This document shows, piece by piece, positions 50,762 through 64,000 of a stretch of DNA of 64,000 bases (position 1 is the first letter of the stretch; each line of letters starts with the position of its first letter). The translations under genes and the position numbers were made by a program. The notes beneath the pieces are model-generated. The model saw nothing but the letters and a program-made list of their open reading frames with translations. It searched no databases and was not told the origin of the DNA. Source of the stretch: Kondoa subrosea (taxonomy: Eukaryota); the NCBI GenBank assembly GCA_039545335.1, contig BCIN01000001.1, forward strand, positions 798,208-862,207, in the 5' to 3' direction.

Positions 50762-51410
50762 CTAATCTGACGACGCATCACCTACATCTACCTCATTGTC
50801 CTCCGTAGCAATGTTAGACATATCAATCTCTAGCTCCGCTATCGCAGTTCGATTCCTCTTCCTAAGCGTTTCTTCCGCTTCGCTTTTCCCTCGCAAGTAA
50901 TCAACAGGTAATTGATTCTTCTTATTCTTTATCCTAATCATACAGCCTCAGCACCTATAGTATGAAGAGGAAGGAGGAGAGATACCTCGGATCAGCACCA
51001 GCATCCAATAAAGCAACAACGCAGTACTCCCTCGCTTGAATATGACTAATCTGATAAGCTAAATGCAAAGGAGTATTCCCATCTATTCGATTAGGTAGAT
51101 CCATATCCGTATGTTCGCAATCCAACAATGCATCCAATGCATCTGGACTAGGTGTGCTTGCCCTATTTCACCGAATGAAAACAAGATTTGACACGGTAGC
51201 AGGAATGGCATACGCATAGTGTAATGCTGTATTGCCTAGACCGTCCTTCTTGTTTACTGTTTCGGCGTCTGCTGTGGAAAGAATCGTTTGACACAATTGC
51301 TCGTCGTCATTCTTGCAGGCGTAGAAGAGTTGCTCGCCTGGATAGGAGTCAACAAGAATGGATGCTGCGGTATGGAAGCCCTTACTCTGGGAAGCGCCGC
51401 CTTCGGACAT
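50762..51410 (-). CDS. Small ankyrin-repeat protein with acidic tail
   Basis: EQLFYACKNDD, KDGLGNTALHYA, DGNTPLHLA, LLDAGADPR|IKIRKNQLPVDY, and an acidic C-terminus. Confidence 0.85.
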
Positions 51411-52421
51411 GGTTCGTGAGTGAAATGCTCGAATTGCAAGTTGGAGAGCAACGCCGAAATCGAGTGGGTGAGCGTACTGTTTAATGCTCCACTCCCTTGC
51501 TGCATTGTGTCAATAGTAGCGCTCCAGTCTGGAAAGCTAGTATCACGCTGTTCTTTAATTGAACTTCTTTCATGTTTCGTTCTCGGGTGGTAGAGTTGCC
51601 TATCTGTTTCCTTTCTCATTCCATGCCTCTGACTTGCTACTTTACCATCGTATCATTTTCTTCAGCCGGCGATGTCACTCTTCCTTTTTCTTGCCCTAAG
51701 CCCGAACGCAGCTCGCGACGCAGATATGATGCAGTTCGCTAAATATTGTTTCATTACTTGGATAAAGCGGTCTCTCGATTCAATGGTGTTACACCGCAGC
51801 GTCTGTCGTACCTCTTCTCGAACGCTACTTCTGGGCCAAAGACGCACCAGAAGTGCGAAAGGCGACAACGCTGCACATGAATAACACAAACAGGCGTCTG
51901 CTGAATGCTATAATGCTCACTACAGTTGACTGGGAATGTTATGGCTGTTCAATGTTATGGCTGGCCCTTCTTCTTCTTTCTTTCTGCTTGTGTAGTGAGA
52001 TTAATGCCTCCCCGAGCTGAGGTAATTTCTTATCCTACTCTACTGACTGACTTCTTCACCAAGCAACATTTGAATCATGCAAAGAAGGCATGACTGCTGA
52101 GTTCAACCAGGCTGTAAGTCTGGCTCTTGTTCTCCCGCAGAACTTAATGAAGACATGCTTGGCATCGGAAGTGAAGATGATTTAAAGAAGACTCGCCTGC
52201 TTTATGAATGGATGGAAACAATAGCGAGGCAGCGGTAGAAAAGAGTCATACTGTAGACATCTCTGATTTGGATTGAGATTTAAGTGAAAGTGGCGTACCT
52301 GGACAATTGCTGACGACGGCATTCGAGCGCTTCTTCTGGAACAAACCCTCGACGTGATTTACTTCTCGTTGACCTTTGATAACCTACTACCAACCTACTT
52401 ACAGCCTTACACCAGCTCAAT

Positions 52422-55859
<3,438 letters not shown>

Positions 55860-56065
55860 ACATCGGATGCACTGAGAGAGAATTGGAATGATCTAGACGG
55901 TAATCTGTATTTGAAAAGGACTCAATGAAAAACGCTACGGCGCATTTGCAACTTGTGATCACACGAGGCTATATTCGAGCTGCCCAGGATCACTGAGCGA
56001 GCTTCATTGGTCGCTAGATGATAATATCATCTTTAAATAGAATACATTTTCTGTATTGCGGTTCA

Positions 56066-58626
56066 CTACGCAGGGAACATGACCAGATGCTCCGCAAACT
56101 GTCTACACAAGCTCTTGACTTCCTTTCTCGACAATCCCGATCGGTAAGCTATTTCTTCCAGATCCTGCTCGCCGTTGAGGTGTACCAGGATCTTTTCGAA
56201 TTTTGCAGCATGTTCCGGTTGACTAGCCAGTATTTGGTTAAGCCATCTTCTCTCCCATACATTTGGTATTCCAGGTTGTCCAATGACGTTACTGAGAGGT
56301 TCTTCACTTGCTGAAGAAGCGAATGCTGCTTTGCCATTGCCTTTTGGTAGGGAAGCAAGAGAAGACTTAAGTGGTCTAGCTGTAGCAGGTTTCCGAAACA
56401 ATTCAGGACTTGGTTCAGGCGTAGATTGAGGTGATCTTGCTCTGTTCTTGTAATCAACTTTCGGGAAAGACATAGCTTCACCATCTTCATTGATGCCTTC
56501 AAAGAACGGTTCGCTCCTGAAAGAAGACCCTGCACCGTCGTCAGTCCGATCTTGACTATCTGCTCCTTCGTCAGAAGAATTATTCAATCTTCTCGCTTCT
56601 CTAGTTTGGCGTCGAATTTCAGGCGTAACAACTATCCGGTAGCATTCTTTCTGTTGCACTACGAGATTCATCTTCAGAAGCCAAATCAGAACTTCGATAT
56701 GGTAAGCTTTGTTTTGACCAGGCGGTATGATAGAGGAATACGGTTGACTTCGGGATAGCTGAGAAAGCACAGAAACCAATGTCTCATGTTCTGGAAAGGC
56801 ATCTGCAAAGTCTGCAGAGTGAGTCGCTACGTCTGCCAGATTCTTGGCTGGATTGAGGATATAGGTATTGCGGATATTAATGACGTTGATGATTCTTGCT
56901 TTTCGCCAAAAGACGAGATGATCCACTAGTTCATTCAGGTCTTCGTATTCCATGTCAAGCAATGTAGTGTATTCTTGAAAGCTGACCTTTGCATCAGATT
57001 AAGTTATCACAGGCGCGCATGGCTTACTTCACCGTAGGTGTCATGATCTCGACAAATTGAGCCAAAGGACCAGCTTGATCCAATTCAGCTAGCATTTCTT
57101 TCGGATCCTCAAGCGGAACCAAAGTTTGCCAGGGCTTCAGTCCATCTTTCCCTTCCAATCCCATTTTCCCGTTGGCGAAAGAAGTTCCAACCCGTTGTTT
57201 CTCTATCCCATAAGGAGATTCCAGAAAAAGTTCTTCAGGTAGCATGATGGACATATCGAGATCATCATTCAAGTTGGAAAGTTTGGCTATTTGATGTGAA
57301 GTGACGCAATCGAAAACTTTAGCTAATGCTCTACAGAGTGAGGAAGATCGTTTCAGGTCTTCTGTATACTCTGCAAAAGGTTGATCTAAATACACAGTCA
57401 GAGCAATGAAGAGTTTAGAGCGGCAACGACTCACTTGAATCTTTGGCTTTCTCTCTTGCTCGAAAGATTGTAGCAGCTTCTCTACTTAACCACCCATCTT
57501 TAAGTTCCTCGAATTTGATGGCAGCAGTGAGTTTGACCACAAGAGATTGATAGTACACATCCAAATGCGAACTGAGGTGTTTGTCGCTAGGTGTATCGAT
57601 GATGAGATTCAAAGAAAACATAGTCAAATCACCAAGGTGATGATTACTTGTATTGTTTTTGATACTAGGAGGTTTGGAAGGTGGTAAAGGTTTGTTCATA
57701 GGTAATGGAGAAGGAGGTTCAGAAAATTGAGATTTAGGTGGTTTAGGTAATTCGGGCGAAGGATGACTTGTATTTTCTGATGCATCATATTCAGCTTGAG
57801 ACTCTTGAGCTGTAGTAGAAGAATCAGGTAAAGGTGGTGAACGACCTCTGTTGGATGCAGAAAACACTGAGGCGGCATCGAAACTTCCTTGTCGTGATGC
57901 GTTGGCTGTTGTGATCTTGTCTAGTTCGTCTTGTGCACGCTTCCGGCCTCGATCTAGCCAAACTGGATGACCAATGAAAGCAAGGTAATCAATGACCAAT
58001 TCCAGTTTACTATCCTTCAGACTTCGCTTCAGTAAACAAGAGGACAAGATGTCGACGTCTATGCCTAAGAACTCATTGTAAGAAGCGTTATGAGGTGCTG
58101 GATCTCCTCCAGTAGTTTTCGGTTGGTGCGCCAGACGAGGATGGAAAAGGGCTGAGATAGGTGAAGGAGAATCTTGACCTTCTTCAGGTTTATCTTCGTC
58201 TTCCGATCCATTGACCCAATCTTCATCTACACTCCCATCTTCTGATGAAGTTTCCGATGATTCAGAATCATAGCCAGGCATTGGAGAAGGTGAAGATTGT
58301 CTTAGACCACCCTGAAGAATAGGTTGATGAGCCGCAGAAGAAGATTGCCTCCGACTTTTGACAGAAGGCTTCTTAGTGTCAGTCGCATCTGAATCACTTG
58401 AACTAGAAGATGAATAGGAAGCGACAGAAACCGCTGCTCGAGTGGGTTGAAGTGGTTTCTTCTTGCGTTGCCTGTGCTTCTTGATGACTGGTTTCTCGTA
58501 CACAGGTCGGCTTAGACGAGGGATTGGCTGAGGATTGTGAGGATACGAGAAGACGACTTGATTTCCATTGTCTGGACTAGCGACTACGAGAAGTAAAGCT
58601 AGCAAAGAGATCTCGGGCTCTTTCAT
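56066..58626 (-). CDS. NPR3: GATOR1/SEACIT subunit Npr3 (NPRL3)
   Basis: LLALLLVVASPDNGNQVVFSYP, LELVIDYLAFIGHPVW, LTMFSLNLII, KLTAAIKFEE, LKPWQTLVPL, LVDHLVFWRKARII, HLNGEQDLEEI. Confidence 0.9.
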
Positions 58627-58821
58627 CGTGCTACAGTGGTATCATGAGTCAAAGGTATCGATTTGCTTTCGAGCAGTGTTTGGATTGGGTAAAGGGATGG
58701 AAAATCAACAACACCAAATTACGCGAAGGAAGGGATAGTGAATGTAATGTGCTTGGTTCTCTCATTCATCGTGATCATCTCATTGCTGCTATCTATTGTA
58801 CAAAAGTTTCCAATCTCTGAT

Positions 58822-59710
58822 CTAGTCAGACTTGGCCCATTTTGGTGCTTCCTATAAGGTCAAATATTCAGATCGCGACACAGAGCTTCTTGTGAGCAGA
58901 TGGAACCTACGTCCTTGCCAGCATCTTCGAGCTCGTCACCTTCTTCCTTGGTCTTGTGTACAGTCTGAGGGTCGTGTTCAGCAGGAGCATACTGTCCAAT
59001 GGCGACCGATCAGTGAATAATAACAAAGACGGCACATGAGACACGTACGACGGTAGTCAAGATCAAAGGCGTTTCAGCAGTGTTGATGAAGTTGTGCTGA
59101 TTCGATAGATTCAGCTAGAACTCTAGTTCACGACAAGGGGACATACTTTTGCGCCTGCCGGGACAATCACCATGTCTCCTGCAGTGACGGTGTCTTCTTT
59201 GCCATTGACGATTGCCTTGGCGCTACAAAATCGATAAGCAGAATTGACCTTCGCATTCGATTGACCTACGTTCCGGACAAGAAGACAAGGTGCTGAGCAT
59301 CAATATGAGTTCAGCGAGTGTTTGAACAAACAACGAGAAAATTACCTGGTCCACGGTGTGAGTCTATAAAATGGTCAGCACTCAACCCGTAAAGTCAAGA
59401 CAGGCGAACTGACTTCTTCGCCGATGTCTCCCCCCTTTGGAATTGTCATCAAAACCAGCTGAGAATGTTTGCCAGTCCATAGAACGCTGTTATCGGGAAT
59501 CAATCAGCATCGCTCCCTCTCGCTCAGCTTGCAGCCAAGTTCAACCCACGTTCGGAAATCACTTGTGGACGAAGCGAGAGCTGTCATGTTCTTGAAAACA
59601 GCCATATCCTTTGGTGGCTCGGTATTCTACGCATGAAACGCGATCAGTTAAACACGTTGCGATATTTGCGGACGGACAGGCTTGGGAAGCTGTGCTTTTG
59701 GAGTAGACAT
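58822..59710 (-). CDS. Small RmlC-like cupin (Cupin_2) protein, many micro-exons
   Basis: Spliced DFRT|VLWTGKHSQLVLMTIPKGGDIGEE|THTVDQ|HLVFLSG..GDMVIVPAGAK|HNFINT...YAPAEHDPQTVHKTKEEGD...|EAPKWAKSD*. Confidence 0.85.
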
Positions 59711-61377
59711 GAAGGCTCTTGTGGATGAGATAGATGTGATTGGTCTGAGTAGAGTAGATCTGAGCAGGACTCGTTGCATCGGTGCAAGAGATTCGATTTA
59801 TGTCATCGATGTGTTCTCTTGTTCCAGACCGTGACCTGAACCATACATTCGTGATAACATCGCTACACAATGGAAGATGTCTGATGCTCAGATCCAGCAT
59901 TGTACACTCTAGCCTCTGTTCACCGGCTGTCATTGCTTACTAAGCAGCTTTCCTTGCCCCTCCATGTTCTCGCTTTCTTCAATCTGGCCCTTTGTACAGT
60001 TCTCGATCACATCTTTATGACTGTCTGCTTTACGCGGACAGAAACCGAAAGCCTTCTTATTACAAGAGGACTAGGTTATTTCCATATCTCGCGAATTGTG
60101 TCATGCTCTCGTATGCTTCGCAGTGTCTTCTCTTCCAGTCATTGTACACGTGGACAAGCTACAATCTGTTGCTATGTACAGGCCCTCTCCGTGCTTGCGA
60201 CTGCTTCAGAGAGATCCTCGACTCGATAGGTTCGTCCAATGTCTGTCAATTCAGATGTCCAGCTGCAAGAAGTGCCCCTCAAACAAGTGCGCCCTTTGTC
60301 AGCCCATCCTCTTGCTTGTTCTTCCCCAAGTCGCATTTCGATATCAGAACCTTTGCGCGGGAGAAAAGATCGCTTGTCTAACAGTGTCTATTTCGTTTCA
60401 TGTACTCACATAGCAGCATCTTCTATCCGCAGCTTAATATCAGCACGCTCAGCTCTTTTGCTCCAGCTTCGCAATGACAAATCTTACAAAATTGTTCCGG
60501 TTCACTAACCGACCGAAAGCCAGAAGTGAGCCAATTCTCTCAAGGCCTTTTCCTCACTCGGAACTCTACTTCAAGTCGAAAAGTAAGCTGTCGTATCTAG
60601 CCGCCCTGCTATCAACGTCGCGACGATCCTCGACCTCGCTGAATTGCAACGTTGAAACTTTCACAACAAAATCATGCATTTTTAGAGAATCCAATACTCA
60701 TTGAAATGTCGCTACAGTGAGAGCCAAGTGGAGAAAGAAGAGAGTACGCAGGTTGAAGCGAAAGAGGAGGGTCAGTCTTATCATCCTTAAACTTTTCGCG
60801 AGTTTCCCGCTGACATGACATTTTTCTCTCAGCGCATGCGCTCTAGGTCCAAGTAAATGGTAAATTCACCTTCTTCCGATCAACATGGGTACCGTCTCAT
60901 GCAATGTGTGCGCAGAAGGATCAGCTGGGAGTATTGTGAAATGTCAAGAACACTTTTCCACGGCAACATGAATGTCAAGTGCAGCTCCCTTCTTTACATC
61001 AAACTTCATATACTCCCACTACCTTCATCAAACATGGTCTGAACGAATATCACAAATTTCCCTTCTTATTACAAAAACTTTTGCAAGCATCCATATCAGC
61101 TCGACTGCTCTTCCACTTCCTGACTTCAAGGCATTCGCTTCTACATCGCAGTACCATGTCGGCATTCAAGTGATTCAATCGCACGGGTCAACAGACTAGG
61201 GACTGTAGTTGGTTATTTAGATTGCAAAGGAATCCCGGTGCTTTCTTTTCTGGCTTGAGACGCGTTCTGTCTCGAGTTCAGGTAATAGAAAGTAGTCGGC
61301 TGTTATATGCTCGTACTCTGTTGGGACTTTGTGACACTTCTGTTTTTAGCGGTCCTCCACGCCTGCCTGACGCGATC

Positions 61378-61449
61378 ATGAAGTTTGTCAAATTTTTGCA
61401 AAGGTCTTTTTTCTGGCTTCCTCCTCGACGAGCACCATGGCTGAACTAA
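61378..61449 (+). promoter_or_regulatory. Out-of-frame upstream ORF overlapping the URA2 start ([23 protein letters not shown])
   Basis: ATG 61378 in ATCATG context lies 59 nt upstream of the main ATG 61437 and ends at TAA 61447-61449. Confidence 0.45.
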
Positions 61450-64000
61450 TAGCACCTCCTATACAAGCAGAAGGAGGAACAGCAGCACAATCTAGCACGG
61501 CCAATCCTGATTCTTTGGCTTTGCCCGCAGCAAATCCAATAACCAATGATGCTTCGGAACCTACTTCACCTGCTTTGAGCAGATCTCCAAGTTTAATAAG
61601 AACCAGTCGATCTAAAACTCGTCAAGGAGAACTTGGTGCTATGGCTGGTTGCCCTTCTTTGGCTTACATGAGAAGCGAGTTATCTTTACTTGAAGACGGA
61701 GGAGGAAAGGGACAGAATGACTCAAGTAGTCAAAGAAAGATGGTCTTGGAATTGGCTGATGGGACAGCTTACGAAGGAATTGGATTCGGTGCTGAAGGAA
61801 AGAGCGTTTCTGGAGAATGTGTTTTCCAAACTGGTCTGCCTTATTCATGTTCATACACAAGTAGAGGATCTATGCTGAAATTTGTGATGGTGAAGGAATG
61901 GTTGGATATCCTGAATCACTCACAGATCCTTCCTATGAAGGTCAAATCTTGATCCTTACCTATCCCTTGATTGGATCTTATGGTGTTCCCGATCGTTCTT
62001 CTTTACTCAATTCCGAACAACTACCTGCCTATTTCGAATCTTCTCGAATTCATATCACCGCTTTAGTCGTCGCTTCCTATTCTGGAGAAGGATCTGACTT
62101 CTCTCATCATTTGGCTAAATCGGAATTAGGGACTTGGTTGAAAGAAGAAGGCATTCCTGCACTCTATGGTGTTGATACTCGTGCTCTTACCAAGAAATTA
62201 CGTCAAGGTGGTTCGCTCTTAGCTAAAGTATTGGCAAGAAAAGCTACTTCTGCCAGATCATTATCGACTCGCAAAGGTCCAAGAGGATGGGCAGAAGATT
62301 ACGCAGATATACCTATGCATGACCCAAATGTCGAGAACTTGGTAGCAAAAGTCTCAAGATCTCAACCTAGACTTTACAAACCCTCTGATCTGTCTTCCGA
62401 TATCAAAACACTTTTACATCCAGAAGGTCGACCACTTCGAGTTGTTGCAATAGACGTCGGTATGAAATACAACCAAATCAGATGTTTCCTGATGCGAGGT
62501 ATTGAATTGAAATGCGTCCCTTGGAATTACGACTTCACTTCCTCCAGCGAAGAAGCCTTCGACGGTCTTTTCATCTCCAATGGTCCAGGTGATCCAACTT
62601 CAGTACAAGAAACCATCAAACGTATTGCGACAATGATCGAAAGGGCTTCTGTACCCATTTTCGGTATTTGTTTAGGTCATCAATTGTTGGCTTTAGCTGC
62701 CGGTGCATCAACCATCAAAATGAAATATGGTAACCGAGGTCAAAATATTCCATGCACGGATTTGATTTCTGGAAGATGTTACATTACTTCTCAAAATCAC
62801 GGCTATGCTGTCGATACTTCTTCTTTACCTTCTGGATGGAAAGAATTGTTTGTAAATGCAAACGATGGTTCAAACGAGGGTATCTACTCTACAGAGAAAC
62901 CTTACTTTTCTGTACAATTTCATCCGGAATCTACTCCTGGTCCAAGAGATACTGAATTCCTCTTTGATGTCTTTATCAACAATATTGTTACCTTTAGAAA
63001 AGAAGGAAGATTAGTTCCTGTGATTATGCCTGGTGGTCTTGCTAAAGAAAACGCTGCGAAAAATCCAAGAGTTCATGTTAAGAAAGTACTCATCTTGGGA
63101 AGTGGTGGTCTTTCTATTGGTCAAGCTGGTGAATTCGATTACTCTGGCAGTCAAGCTATCAAGGCTTTGAAAGAGGAAGGGATCTATACTATTGTACGTG
63201 GTGGTGATGTTGTGCTGGTTCTCTGCTAGATCTTCACTGCTTCGTACAGCTCATCAATCCCAACATAGCAACCATTCAGACCTCCTCTGGTTTAGCAGAC
63301 AAAGTCTACTTCTTACCCGTTACACCTGATTTCGTTCGCAAAGTTATTCAACATGAGCGTCCTGATGGTATCTATGTCACTTTCGGTGGTCAAACCGCTT
63401 TGAACGTCGGTATCAAGCTCAAAGATGAATTCGAAGGCTTAGGGGTCAAAGTTCTTGGTACTCCAATTCAAACCATCATCACTACTGAAGATCGAGAATT
63501 ATTCGCAAACGCAATGTTGGAAATCAATGAACGTTGTGCTCAATCTGCTTCAGCTACTACTATTGAAGATTCCATCAAAGCAGCAGAGGAAATTGGTTAT
63601 CCTGTTATTGTCAGAGCTGCTTTCGCTTTAGGTGGTTTGGGTAGTGGGTTTGCTCAGAACACGCCTGAGTTGGTAGAACTTTGCACCAAAGCGTTCGCTA
63701 CTAGTCCTCAAGTTTTGATTGAGAAGAGTATGAAAGGCTGGAAGGAAATCGAGTACGAAGTCGTACGTGATTGCAGAGACAACTGTATTACGGTCTGTAA
63801 CATGGAGGTGAATATCTTATCTTGTCGTGATGAATTTGCCTTTTGACTTATGTGCATACAGAACTTCGATCCTCTTGGTATCCACACCGGTGATTCAATC
63901 GTTGTTGCGCCCTCTCAAACGCTATCGGACGCAGACTACAATATGCTTCGAACAACAGCAGTCAATGTCATTCGACATCTCGGAGTTGTCGGTGAATGCA
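61437..64000 (+). CDS. URA2: Multifunctional CAD/Ura2 (glutaminase fused to carbamoyl-phosphate synthetase), 5' part
   Basis: [45 protein letters not shown] and VQFHPE run directly into [29 protein letters not shown]. The fused architecture is the pyrimidine-specific type; the gene is truncated by the window end. Confidence 0.95.

Noticed and set aside
51930..52270. Direct repeat AATGTTATGGCTG x2 and splice-like signals upstream of CDC48
   Set aside because: Only a tiny ORF could be built and no RNA family was recognised.
59870..60704. Possible gene; ESLLITRGLG resembles PIG-H/Gpi15
   Set aside because: I could not build a coherent spliced frame or find other PIG-H motifs, so it is left unannotated. 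It may be a degenerate gene or lncRNA.
60857..61449. Arginine attenuator peptide before the CPS gene
   Set aside because: No QDYxSDH-like uORF is present, and the gene is the fused pyrimidine-type URA2 rather than CPA1.

Overview
This is a gene-dense, intron-rich eukaryotic window (mostly 45-70 nt GT-AG introns with CTRAY branch points). Gene content and architecture point to a basidiomycete fungus; the taxon is inferred, not searched. About 27 protein-coding loci were reconstructed by hand-splicing. They are mostly housekeeping: AT-hook/Sds3-like, HIRIP3-like, NADP-IDH, PH-domain protein, Prp24, SulP sulfate permease, Rxt3, Yra1, GDP-mannose transporter, pyruvate carboxylase, translin, Srp14, USP12/46-type DUB, Pat1, Agc1, Sde2, ankyrin protein, Cdc48, Npr3, cupin and the 5' part of Ura2/CAD. 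No tRNA, rRNA, CRISPR array or intact transposon was seen. The most interesting signals are post-transcriptional. (1) A single NADP-IDH gene has a mitochondrial presequence, a second in-frame AUG, and an optional last intron that switches the C-terminus from -MGI* to a peroxisomal -SKL*. (2) A 611-nt YRA1 intron contains poison splice sites and a candidate double-guide box C/D snoRNA complementary to a conserved 25S rRNA segment. (3) The URA2 leader has uORF/overlapping-ORF structure and a possible presequence-fusing splice form. (4) A Cys-ending uORF, or alternatively Cys3-like sites, lies before the sulfate permease. (5) A GNAT pseudogene carries a palindromic frameshift footprint. Exon boundaries are manual predictions and gene ends may be off where noted.
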